A stretch of DNA of 64,000 nucleotides from Candidatus Lloydbacteria bacterium RIFCSPHIGHO2_02_FULL_50_18 (GTDB lineage: Bacteria; Patescibacteriota; Minisyncoccia; Phycocordibacterales; UBA6899), in assembly GCA_001821395.1 (NCBI GenBank), contig MHLM01000014.1, positions 174,381-238,380 on the forward strand, in the 5' to 3' direction. The position numbers and the translations under genes were made by a program. Below, piece by piece: positions 26,737 through 36,166 of the stretch; the first letter of the stretch is position 1, and the number at the start of each line of letters is the position of its first letter. The notes beneath the pieces were generated by a model. That model saw only the letters and a program-made list of their open reading frames with translations. It did no database searches and was not told where the DNA came from.

Positions 26737-27288
26737 ATGGACCTCGGAACACTTTTCACCAAAGCGATCGCACTCTGCACGCTATTCGGTAACGCATTCA
26801 TTCTTGCGCTTTTGCTCGCATTTATCATCGCGAGGCCGATACAGGTGCTCATCATGCGGTTTGCGGCTCGCAATGCACTCTGCCTTGGACTTCTTGTTTC
26901 CGCCGCCTCGACAATCGGCAGTCTGCTCTATTCGGAAGTCGTGGGTTTTCCCGCCTGCATCCTTTGCTGGACGCAGCGCATCTTCATGTACCCGCTGATG
27001 TTCCTGTTCGCCTTGGCGCTTGTGCGAAAAGAAAAACACATCATTCCTTACGCGTTCATGCTCTCGGTCATTGGTGCTCTTGTTGCCGCCTATCAATGGG
27101 TGAAGGACATGCTGCTCGTCTATAGTCACGTGACCATCCCGTGTCCTGCGGTCACCTCGCTTCCGTCATGTGACAAGATCTACGTGCTCGAGTACGGGTA
27201 CATCACCATCCCGATGTTCTCATTGAACGCGTTTGTCCTGATCGCAATCCTCACATACGCAGCAATGCGCATACAGAAAGAAGCATAG
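26737..27288 (+). CDS. disulfide bond formation protein B (DsbB/BdbC family)
   Basis: 'FPACILCWTQRIFMYP' matches the BdbC 'CxLCWYQRIxMYP' motif. Four TM segments. Second Cys pair 'PCPAV...SCD'. Confidence 0.75.
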   Translation: MDLGTLFTKAIALCTLFGNAFILALLLAFIIARPIQVLIMRFAARNALCLGLLVSAASTIGSLLYSEVVGFPACILCWTQRIFMYPLMFLFALALVRKEKHIIPYAFMLSVIGALVAAYQWVKDMLLVYSHVTIPCPAVTSLPSCDKIYVLEYGYITIPMFSLNAFVLIAILTYAAMRIQKEA

Positions 27289-27408
27289 TCGCGCAATAAG
27301 AATAACAATCGAAGAACTCTAATGCGGAGAGGTGATTTAATGATCACTTGCATTTTGTGTAGTTGCTGATAGTTTGAAAATATTACCAAGTATTTTTGAA
27401 ACTACTTT

Positions 27409-30183
27409 ATGCGCCCACTCTCCGCAATCGCGCTACTTCTCTTCATGTTCGTATTTGTTCCCACCACCTCCTCAGCGATGATGATCTTCTATTTCCCTGT
27501 CCTGACGCCAAGTGAAGAGCTTGGATATGCGGGTGATGTGGTGAGTGATGGTGTCGAACCGAATACGAGTTCTGGCACACCATTCACATTTAAAATCATT
27601 TCTACCTCACATTACAATACGGCAAATGAGGTTGACCTCCTCGTCAGTGACGGAACGACAACTACTACATACATCATGCAGCGTGATCTCACCACCGCAT
27701 CAACGACACTTATCGATGGTGACTACATAAATGGGGAACAGTATTTCTATACCGGCACATTTCCCACAGGAAACTATACCTATCACTTCGAAACATTCGG
27801 TACCCAGTATCCTGAGATGGGGGAGGAGACATTTAGTGTGAGTGCCGGACCAGTGGATATTTGCGCGGGAGTCGAGAATTGCAACTCCAATGTGCTGTTT
27901 CTCCCCGGAATCATGGGCTCACGCCTGTTTGAAAATTCATTCGTCTGCGGAATACTTACCAATGAAAAAGAACGATGGGTTTCAACTTTGGATTGTGACC
28001 AGGCGCGCCTTGCACTTCGCGTAAATGGAACAAGTGTAAACCAAATATATACGAAAGAAGGGGAGGTTGGAGTCATCAATGAGGCCTATTCGTTCAACCT
28101 CTATAAATCATTTATGAGTGATTTGAAAAAGTGGAAGGAGACAGACAAGATCATCGCAGACTACGCCCTTATCCCCTATGACTGGCGCCTTTCACTTGAG
28201 GATGTTCTTCAAAATGGTGCGACTTCAACCGACGGAACATTTTCCTATGGCGCAAGCCAAGGATTTGCCAATTCCCATATCTACAGAAAGCTGACTGAGA
28301 TGGTCGCGTCGTCACGGACAAAGAAAGTTACCATTATCGCACACTCCAATGGCGGACTGGTGACCAAGGCTTTAATTCAGAAACTCAAAGAAACCCATGA
28401 CCCGCTTTATGACAAAATAGACAAGATCATATTCGTTGCAGTCCCTCAGACAGGAACACCTGAGGCAATAAGTAATATCCTCCATGGCGATCAGATCGGC
28501 CCCATGGGTTCGATTATGAGTGCCAATCGCCTTCGTGACCTTACACAAAACATGCCGGGAGCATACCACCTCCTACCCTCCGCAGCATATTTCGCAGGAG
28601 AAGGCGCAACTGTCCCTACGCCCATTGTCACGTTTGAGGATGGTACTGCAACGCAGCCGTTCATCAATCTGTATGGACATTCAATCGCGAATGCGTCTGA
28701 CTTGAAACGCTTCTTGCTTGGTGAAGATGGGAGACCAACTCCGACATATGATGATCTCGAAGATCCCACAAAGCTTAATTTCGCCCTTCTTTCCTACGCC
28801 GAAAATCTGCATCAGCAACTCGACGATAACTGGGAAGTATCTTCGTCAACCAATATATATCAGATCGCGGGATGGGGTGTGGGAACACTCGCGAATATCA
28901 ACTATCGCACAGTGCCGCACTGTGACCGCGTGGATTCAGTGATTATTCAAGGTGCACGAAATATCTATTGTGGTCTCTGGGGGAGTCGTCTCACCTTTGA
29001 CCCCAACAAAGTGATTGATGGAGATGGTACCGTGGTGATGCCAAGTGCGCTTGCGATGAGTACGAGTTCGGATAAGGTGACGAGGTATTGGGTGGATTTG
29101 GATAGGTATGGGAAAAGTGGACTTTTTAACTCAACAATCAATCGTGTTCATAAAGATATTCTTGAGGTTCCACAGCTGTGTGATTTTATTCATAATATCA
29201 TTTCGTTTTCTCTGGACACACTTCCTGTATATATTTCAACCTCAACACCACCATCAACCAACTACACAGATCGCCTCACCTTCACGCTCCACTCCCCGCT
29301 CACCCTCGAATTCACCGACACCGAAGGTCGCCATGTTGGACCATCAACGAGCACTCCGGACACATTCGACTCAAATGTCCCAGGAGCAACATATGAGCGC
29401 TATGGAGAAGTGCGGCTTCTCTCAATCCCAAAGACTGCCACAGGTACCCTTACGCTTCATGGTGTTGCGTCCGGCTCCTTCACGCTCGATCTCGCAGAAG
29501 AGAACGGAAACATCACCATTGCAACAACATCATTTGAAGGAATCACCTCTGCGACAAGTACGGTGGTGACGATGACCATTGATCCCATATCATCTCCAAT
29601 CACAAACGGCATACTTACGGTAGACACGAATGGTGATGGTACCACCATCGAAATCCTCCACGCGCACGAAGGTGAAACAGTGTTTTCTGACACCACTCCT
29701 CCCGAGGCACGGATTGGCTTCAGTACCTCTACCCAGCAACTGCGAACAATTGGTCTCGATGTATCGCCGACCAATGCGTATAAAACCGCCACCACAACCA
29801 CGGTCATCGATAGTGTGGGAAATGTCACCATCATTCATTTTTCCTCATACAAAGCAGGAAATCACAGTATTAAGGCAAAAATAGACTCCATCAGTTATAA
29901 TGGGGTAGCAACCGTAGTGAGTGCTGAGCTTTCCTATAAGTGGAGCATGAACAAGAAGGGGGAATATACGATGTTTGCCGCATATATAAAAACAGCAACA
30001 GGAATAGTCGAATCTCATTACCGCCCCAAGAAGAATCAAACGATCATCATGACAAAGGCACAGGACTTCGACGATGAGGATAATGATGACGAGTGCGACA
30101 AAAGAGCGACAAGCTCAAAAGTATCTGGTATGGTCATCCCTGGATTGGTGACCAATCAGGGGAAGATTAACGTTAATTATTAG
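27409..30183 (+). CDS. large secreted LCAT/PGAP1-like alpha/beta-hydrolase (lipase/acyltransferase) with long Thr-rich C-terminal region
   Basis: 924 aa. Signal peptide 'MRPLSAIALLLFMFVFVPTTSSA', 'IPYDWRLS' (LCAT-family motif), 'IIAHSNGG' (GxSxG nucleophile). The C-terminal roughly 450 aa are Thr/Ser-rich beta-like repeats. Confidence 0.7.
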   Translation: MRPLSAIALLLFMFVFVPTTSSAMMIFYFPVLTPSEELGYAGDVVSDGVEPNTSSGTPFTFKIISTSHYNTANEVDLLVSDGTTTTTYIMQRDLTTASTTLIDGDYINGEQYFYTGTFPTGNYTYHFETFGTQYPEMGEETFSVSAGPVDICAGVENCNSNVLFLPGIMGSRLFENSFVCGILTNEKERWVSTLDCDQARLALRVNGTSVNQIYTKEGEVGVINEAYSFNLYKSFMSDLKKWKETDKIIADYALIPYDWRLSLEDVLQNGATSTDGTFSYGASQGFANSHIYRKLTEMVASSRTKKVTIIAHSNGGLVTKALIQKLKETHDPLYDKIDKIIFVAVPQTGTPEAISNILHGDQIGPMGSIMSANRLRDLTQNMPGAYHLLPSAAYFAGEGATVPTPIVTFEDGTATQPFINLYGHSIANASDLKRFLLGEDGRPTPTYDDLEDPTKLNFALLSYAENLHQQLDDNWEVSSSTNIYQIAGWGVGTLANINYRTVPHCDRVDSVIIQGARNIYCGLWGSRLTFDPNKVIDGDGTVVMPSALAMSTSSDKVTRYWVDLDRYGKSGLFNSTINRVHKDILEVPQLCDFIHNIISFSLDTLPVYISTSTPPSTNYTDRLTFTLHSPLTLEFTDTEGRHVGPSTSTPDTFDSNVPGATYERYGEVRLLSIPKTATGTLTLHGVASGSFTLDLAEENGNITIATTSFEGITSATSTVVTMTIDPISSPITNGILTVDTNGDGTTIEILHAHEGETVFSDTTPPEARIGFSTSTQQLRTIGLDVSPTNAYKTATTTTVIDSVGNVTIIHFSSYKAGNHSIKAKIDSISYNGVATVVSAELSYKWSMNKKGEYTMFAAYIKTATGIVESHYRPKKNQTIIMTKAQDFDDEDNDDECDKRATSSKVSGMVIPGLVTNQGKINVNY

Positions 30184-30201
30184 TTCTTTAATTTAGGGAA
30201 T

Positions 30202-30639
30202 ATGGGGACAAAAAAAAACATTATCATTGTTTCAGCCCTAGCTCTCGTTGCGGTGTTTGTCGTGACAAATCCTCTCATTTTTGGTTTTTGTCGTGGCGTG
30301 TCGTCATGGAGTGATGGCACAAAATATTGTTATTCTAGCATTACAGATGACATTCCAGAGACATTCATATTATCAACAGGATTGATCGCGACCTTACTAC
30401 TGATATTTACATTTCTCACCTACCGCATGCGCGACGAAGTCTTCCGTGCATGGTGGAACTTCGCAAGATGGATGGTGCCGGTCATTATTCTTGCCACCCT
30501 CGCGGTCAACGCCATACCCTCCAATGGTGGATTCTTCAACATGGATGCCCTCGCATACCCCTTATTCCTCGGACCCCTATATATTATCCTTATTTTCGCT
30601 TCACTCTGGAAAATTGTGCGAGCGTATAGGAAGAAGTAA
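30202..30639 (+). CDS. hypothetical membrane protein
   Basis: 145 aa, four hydrophobic segments. Confidence 0.45.
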   Translation: MGTKKNIIIVSALALVAVFVVTNPLIFGFCRGVSSWSDGTKYCYSSITDDIPETFILSTGLIATLLLIFTFLTYRMRDEVFRAWWNFARWMVPVIILATLAVNAIPSNGGFFNMDALAYPLFLGPLYIILIFASLWKIVRAYRKK

Positions 30640-31022
30640 TTTGTATTCCCACTGCAAAGGTCTGAACTTTGTAGTCTACGAGTGGAGCATCAACAAGAGA
30701 TTCGTAGCGGTTGCGATGTCCATCCTTTTTGCAATCCTGAGCACGGTAATCATTCTCACGGCATTCGTTGCGTTGAGGAAGAAAAAATAGACTCCATCAA
30801 GTTATAGTGGGCTACCTGTCAATTACGTAGTGGGTCACTCGTTCCTATCGACAAGAGTCGTGTCTCACTCTTTATGAACAGCCTCTTCCTTATTGTTTCC
30901 CTGATAATCGTCGCTTGGAAATGGTTTTCGCTGCGGGAGAAGAAATAAGTTGTATCGTTCTGGTTCATAAGTAGCTTCGAATGATATGCTTGATATCAAG
31001 TATAAATATACAATTAACGATC

Positions 31023-31796
31023 ATGCAAAAAAGACTTATTCAATCAGGGCGGACGCGTTTTGCCAACGATATCATCGCGGAGTTTTGGATGCCGAAAAAA
31101 GCATCGGGGCGGGCGATCATCCTGTGTGACGGGTGTCCGACGGTTCCATCGAAGCGGAGACTGGGAGAATTTCTGGCGCGAAAGGGCTATTGGGTCTTCC
31201 ATCTGCGCTATCGCGGGTCCTGGGAGTCAGGCGGTGAGTTCTTGAAGTACGCTCCACGGGAGGACGTGCTGCTTGTTGCCGAAGGACTGAATAAGGGATT
31301 CATTGAAATATGGAGCGGGGTGACATATTTTCTTGATATATCGGATATCACCGTTGTCGGGGCGTCATTCGGAGGGGCAGCCGCACTGCTCTCATCGCTC
31401 GACCCGCGCATCTCGCGCGCTGTCACACTTGCCCCTGCCGTAGATTTTTGCTACGGGAAAAGCGGCGAGTCATTTGCTGAATTCGAGCGTCAGGTGAAGG
31501 AAGGATTCGCCGGCGCATACCGCGGACCAACAAAGAATTATGCCAAATTGAAGACCGGAAAATTCTACAATCCTATCGCGCACGCCAAGGCATTTGATCC
31601 GACAAAGATATTCATTGTGCATGCGAAGGATGACAAGGTGGTCCCGCTTGCTTCCGTGCGTATGTTTGCCGGAGCTACGAAACTTCCTAAGAAAAATTTT
31701 CAGGTCTTGAAAGAAGGCGGGCATTTGTCGACAAATATCGCTACAGAGCAGAATGTCTGGAAAAATATCGCACGATTCATCGCAACGAGTAAGTAG
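31023..31796 (+). CDS. alpha/beta-hydrolase (dienelactone hydrolase / S9-like)
   Basis: 'VVGASFGGAAAL' GxSxG nucleophile elbow, 'VHAKDDKVVP' and 'GGH' catalytic region. Confidence 0.65.
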   Translation: MQKRLIQSGRTRFANDIIAEFWMPKKASGRAIILCDGCPTVPSKRRLGEFLARKGYWVFHLRYRGSWESGGEFLKYAPREDVLLVAEGLNKGFIEIWSGVTYFLDISDITVVGASFGGAAALLSSLDPRISRAVTLAPAVDFCYGKSGESFAEFERQVKEGFAGAYRGPTKNYAKLKTGKFYNPIAHAKAFDPTKIFIVHAKDDKVVPLASVRMFAGATKLPKKNFQVLKEGGHLSTNIATEQNVWKNIARFIATSK

Positions 31797-31866
31797 ATGG
31801 AAGAGGGAACAGATAAGCGGTCACTATTCACAGCACCGCTTTTTTGTTGTCTTGAAACGTGAGATA

Positions 31867-33420
31867 ATGTCCGCAATGACCACTCTTCTTCAATACACGA
31901 AAGCGCATAAGTTTTTGATGATCTTGCTCGTACTTGCCATCGCCGGTGTTGGGTATTATTTTACGCGTCCTCCTGCCGCGCCGAATTACGAGACAACCCT
32001 TGTAAAAAAAGGGAACGTGATACAGGAAGTTTCGATCACAGGAAAAGTAGAGTCCGATAGCGTCGTCTCGCTGGCATTTGAGCGCGGCGGGCGTGTGGTG
32101 AGCGAGCCTATTCCCGTCGGTGCGCACGTAAGGCGCGGGGATCCATTGGTTCGGCTGGATACAAAAGAATTGGATGCACTTCGTTTGCAGGCACAAGCGA
32201 ACCTCGATGTCGAGCTGGCAAATCTGGCACAACTCAAAAGCGGGACCAGAAGCGAAGATATTGCGGTATCCGAAGCACAAGTGAGAAGCGCGCAGTCCGC
32301 CGTCACCGATGCGCACGCCTCATTGCAAGACAAGCTTGCCTCTGCAGGTACGACCGCTGATGATGCTATCTTTAACAAGACTGATTATCTCTTTGAGAAT
32401 CCCCGTACGGCAAATCCGCGTTCAATCTTCCCGGTCGCTGATCAACAGCTGGTGGCCAGAATTGAGCAGGAGCGCGAGCAGCTGACGCAAGCATTGAAGC
32501 AGCTAACGCCCTCGGGTGGTGATTTTGAGGCGGATCTCTCTCTGCATAAGACCTATTTCAATGATGTGAAGGTCTATCTTGATGACCTTGCCTCGGCGAT
32601 CAACGCGGTCACCCCTTCCTCACTGTTTTCTCAGACAACCATCGACGGATGGAAGGCGAATGTATCGATCGCTCGGACAAATATGAATACGGTGATGTCC
32701 GCATTGCTTTCCTCCGAACAGGCTTATCGCGCAGCAGACGCGGCGCTTGTCATCGCGAACAATCAGCTGGCGCTTAAAAAAGCGGGAGCGACACCGGAGG
32801 CAGTGAGTGCGGAAGAGGCAAAGATAAGGTCGGTCAGTGCAACGATCGCAAACTACGATGCACAGATGACAAAGTCGGTCATCAGCGCACCGTTCTCGGG
32901 GACGGTGACGACTCAGAATGCAAAGCTTGGGGAAACTGTCGCGCCAAATGTTCCTGTCGTTGCGCTCATGAGTGACGGCGTATTCAAGATCACTGCGAAC
33001 ATTCCCGAAGTGGATGTTGCGAAGCTTACGGTGGGTGATAGTGCGAGGGTCACACTCGATGCATACGGTGCGGACGTGCTTTTTAAGGCAACGGTTTCAA
33101 GTATCGACCCAGCGGAGACGGTCATTGAGGGCGTCTCAACCTATAAGGCGACATTACGATTTGAAGGCAGAGACGCGCGTATTCGCTCGGGCATGACGGC
33201 CAATATCGACATCTCAACCGACAAACGTGAAAATGTACTCTATGTTCCGGCGCGATCTGTTTTTAACAAGGATGGTAAAAAATACGTGAGAGTTCCCGAT
33301 GGTCAGACGCTTACTGTCGATACGGAGGTCACAACCGGTCTTCGGGGTTCTGATGGGTCGATCGAGGTCCTCAGTGGGCTTAGCGAGGGGCAGACCATCG
33401 TGACATTCCAGGCGAAATAG
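31867..33420 (+). CDS. HlyD-family periplasmic adaptor (membrane fusion protein, MacA-like)
   Basis: N-terminal TM, long coiled-coil (LDAL...ANLD...), C-terminal beta-barrel. Start at MSAMTT; the upstream extension overlaps the previous gene. Confidence 0.8.
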   Translation: MSAMTTLLQYTKAHKFLMILLVLAIAGVGYYFTRPPAAPNYETTLVKKGNVIQEVSITGKVESDSVVSLAFERGGRVVSEPIPVGAHVRRGDPLVRLDTKELDALRLQAQANLDVELANLAQLKSGTRSEDIAVSEAQVRSAQSAVTDAHASLQDKLASAGTTADDAIFNKTDYLFENPRTANPRSIFPVADQQLVARIEQEREQLTQALKQLTPSGGDFEADLSLHKTYFNDVKVYLDDLASAINAVTPSSLFSQTTIDGWKANVSIARTNMNTVMSALLSSEQAYRAADAALVIANNQLALKKAGATPEAVSAEEAKIRSVSATIANYDAQMTKSVISAPFSGTVTTQNAKLGETVAPNVPVVALMSDGVFKITANIPEVDVAKLTVGDSARVTLDAYGADVLFKATVSSIDPAETVIEGVSTYKATLRFEGRDARIRSGMTANIDISTDKRENVLYVPARSVFNKDGKKYVRVPDGQTLTVDTEVTTGLRGSDGSIEVLSGLSEGQTIVTFQAK

Positions 33421-33427
33421 ACGGAGA

Positions 33428-34135
33428 TTGATCGTCATGGCACTTATCGAAACAAAGGGTATTGAGAAGGTCTTCGGGGGAGAAACGCCCACGGTGGCAT
33501 TGCGTAACATAAATTTTATCGTTGATCGGGGTGAATTTGTTTCGATCGTCGGGCCGTCCGGTTCGGGTAAGTCAACCTTGCTGCAGATCCTCGGGCTTCT
33601 TGATTCTCCGACGGCCGGAAGTTATTTTCTTGATGGGAAAGATACTTCAACGCTCTCTGATGAAGAGTTGGCAAAGTTGCGCAATCGCACACTTGGTTTT
33701 GTGTTTCAATCATTCAACCTACTGGCGCGGACGTCGGTGCTTGAGAACGTGAAACTTCCGCTTGCTTACTCAAATTTTCCCTCACGTTCGTGGGATAAAA
33801 TGGCAATGGCGCAGATCGAGGCGGTTGGGTTGTTGAAGCGTGTGTATCATGAACCATCGCAGCTTTCCGGAGGAGAGCGTCAGCGTGTGGCAATAGCGCG
33901 CGCGCTTGTTACAAACCCTGAGATCATCTTTGCTGATGAGCCGACGGGGAACCTTGATTCTGCGTCCGGCAAGGTAGTGATGGACACATTGACACGACTG
34001 CATCACGAAGGGAAAACCGTTATCCTCATCACACATGATCGCAATGTTGCGCGACGTGCCCACCGTGCAGTTTTGTGCAGAGATGGTGCGATCGTATGGG
34101 AAGGAGACGTTAATGATATTCCGGAAATTTCATAA
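33428..34135 (+). CDS. ABC transporter ATP-binding protein (MacB/LolD-like)
   Basis: Walker A 'GPSGSGKST', 'LSGGERQRVAIARAL', Walker B 'IFADEPTGNLD'. Confidence 0.9.
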   Translation: MIVMALIETKGIEKVFGGETPTVALRNINFIVDRGEFVSIVGPSGSGKSTLLQILGLLDSPTAGSYFLDGKDTSTLSDEELAKLRNRTLGFVFQSFNLLARTSVLENVKLPLAYSNFPSRSWDKMAMAQIEAVGLLKRVYHEPSQLSGGERQRVAIARALVTNPEIIFADEPTGNLDSASGKVVMDTLTRLHHEGKTVILITHDRNVARRAHRAVLCRDGAIVWEGDVNDIPEIS

Positions 34136-34137
34136 TT

Positions 34138-35382
34138 ATGTCTTCATTTTTTTACACAGCAAGATCAGCAAGTCGCGCCGTCGGTGCCAACCGGGTCCGT
34201 TCCGGTCTTACGGTCCTCGGTATCGTGATCGGTGTCACGTCGATCATCCTTATCGTCTCGATCGGTGAGGGTGCGCAGTCGCTCATCCTGGGGCAAATTC
34301 AAGGCTTGGGAGCTGAGACCATCGTGATACGCCCGGGGAGAAAGCCGTCCGGTCCGACGGATATGGCGCAGACATTATTTGCGGACTCCATCAAGCAGCG
34401 AGAGGTTGACGCATTGAAACGTAAGGAAAACGTACCCGACTATGTCTCCTCAGCACCGCTGCTCATGGTGTCGGATTCAGTGACCTACGGTTCCAACATT
34501 GAGCATCCTACGATCTACGGTTGGTCTGCAGAGTTCATGGTAAGCATGATAAAAGCAAAGATAAGAGTCGGAACTATTTTTGATGAGGAGGATATAAAAC
34601 AGGAAGCGGCGGTTGCGGTGCTTGGGAGTCAGATTTCCGATGATCTGTTCGCGGGTGATGATCCTATCGGGAAGTCTATTCGCATTGGGACGAAAAATTT
34701 TCGCGTTGTCGCAGTGCTTCAAGGGGGTGGGGGAGGGCTTTTGAACACAGACAAGATGGTGGTGATCCCGTACTCTACTGCGCTTACGTACCTCTCGTCA
34801 GGGAAACATTACAATGAGGTCATGTTGAAGGTCTCTTCGCCGGAAGCTGTGGCGCGTTCCGTTGAGGACATCAAAGCGACGCTTCGGGAACTGCACAGCA
34901 TTACCGATCCTGCGAAAGATGATTTTTATGTCGAGACACAGCAGGCGGCGATAGATCAGATCGGTACCATACTTTCGGTGCTCACTGCATTTCTTTCCGC
35001 GGTGGTCGCGATATCGCTCGTCGTCGGCGGCATCGGCGTGATGAATGTCATGCTCGTATCGGTCACCGAGCGTACAAAAGAGATTGGTCTGCGAAAGGCG
35101 CTCGGTGCGACCAATAGTGATATTTTGACGCAATTCTTGCTCGAGGCGGTGCTCCTCACTATGGTGGGAGGTGCGATCGGCATTGTCCTCGGGGTCCTGT
35201 TCGGTTATGGCGCATCTATTGCCTTATCGCAAAATCTTAATGTCGATTGGGCGTTCGCATTCCCATGGAGAGCGGCGCTCATCGGTCTTGGTGTTTCCGG
35301 CGGCGTGGGTATCGTCTTTGGGATCTATCCTGCACGGCAGGCTTCACAGAAGAGTCCGATCGAGGCGCTCCGTTACGAGTAA
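34138..35382 (+). CDS. ABC transporter permease (FtsX/MacB-like)
   Basis: 414 aa with an N-terminal TM, a periplasmic MacB_PCD-like domain and C-terminal 4-TM FtsX domain. Confidence 0.85.
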   Translation: MSSFFYTARSASRAVGANRVRSGLTVLGIVIGVTSIILIVSIGEGAQSLILGQIQGLGAETIVIRPGRKPSGPTDMAQTLFADSIKQREVDALKRKENVPDYVSSAPLLMVSDSVTYGSNIEHPTIYGWSAEFMVSMIKAKIRVGTIFDEEDIKQEAAVAVLGSQISDDLFAGDDPIGKSIRIGTKNFRVVAVLQGGGGGLLNTDKMVVIPYSTALTYLSSGKHYNEVMLKVSSPEAVARSVEDIKATLRELHSITDPAKDDFYVETQQAAIDQIGTILSVLTAFLSAVVAISLVVGGIGVMNVMLVSVTERTKEIGLRKALGATNSDILTQFLLEAVLLTMVGGAIGIVLGVLFGYGASIALSQNLNVDWAFAFPWRAALIGLGVSGGVGIVFGIYPARQASQKSPIEALRYE

Positions 35383-35392
35383 GTCCCGCTCG

Positions 35393-35522
35393 GGTTTTCT
35401 TCTTTTGAAAGGCACACAGTCGGCCCCTCCTGCGGGGGCCGCTGTCACTCTCGGCCAATTGCCCCATCAGAATGGGGACCAAGCCAATTGTCCTCCGAGA
35501 GGCCTTTCAAAAGAAGAAAACC
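35393..35522. repeat. 130-nt element with perfect 21-bp terminal inverted repeats (MITE-like or structured RNA)
   Basis: ggttttcttcttttgaaaggc (35393-35413) and its exact reverse complement (35502-35522). The interior has three GC hairpins (ggcccc/ggggcc; cccca/tgggg; ctcgg/ccgag). 'ctcg' flanks both ends. Confidence 0.7.
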
Positions 35523-35765
35523 CTCGCCTCAGAGGAGCGGCGTTTGAGTTTGGTGCCCGCAGGTGGAGAAGAAACACTTGGCAGAATAGCTAGTTAGTGC
35601 GAGTATGTTTAGTAACTCGTGACCGAGTTCTCGGGAGGAAACGAGCGAAATTAGAATACGCAAAACATGAATATAGTGTATTTATCCCCATTCTCAGAGA
35701 CTTGGGTTGCAAAGGGCTTGCAGGCTGAGTATTTTCAACTCCTAAACGAGTTTAAAAAATAAAAT

Positions 35766-36125
35766 ATGAATATAAATATAAAAGCATTACATTTTTTGGG
35801 ATTACCGATTAAAAGAGAAATCTATACAAAAGCAATTTGCTCACTCTTCGGAATACTCATTTTATTTTTTGTTGTACTGGTCGTCGTGCCTTCGGTGGTT
35901 TGGCAGGCAGTACCATATTTGCTTTGGGCAATTATAATTATGTATGTTTTCTATATCGGAATTGCTCTCATTGTCTCTTTTTATCTCATAAGTCGAAGAC
36001 TTAAAACCTTGGGATATTCCACGCTGTGGATGATACTGATGTTCTTTCCAATCTTTTTTGTTTTTGTGGTGCTCGGTCTTATGGCACCAAGTGATGAAAA
36101 AATAGTTTACAAAATTTCAGCCTAG
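35766..36125 (+). CDS. DUF805-family small inner-membrane protein
   Basis: 119 aa. 'ISRRLKTLGYSTLWMIL' resembles the DUF805 'RRLHDxGxSGWW' motif. AT-rich coding region. Confidence 0.55.
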   Translation: MNINIKALHFLGLPIKREIYTKAICSLFGILILFFVVLVVVPSVVWQAVPYLLWAIIIMYVFYIGIALIVSFYLISRRLKTLGYSTLWMILMFFPIFFVFVVLGLMAPSDEKIVYKISA

Positions 36126-36166
36126 TTTGGGGCAATCACACTGACCCCAGTGGACCAAAGTTGGGA

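Noticed and set aside
31753-31866. N-terminal extension of the HlyD-family gene back to 31753
   Set aside because: Overlaps the upstream hydrolase gene. The extension is non-hydrophobic junk preceding the real TM start at MSAMTT.
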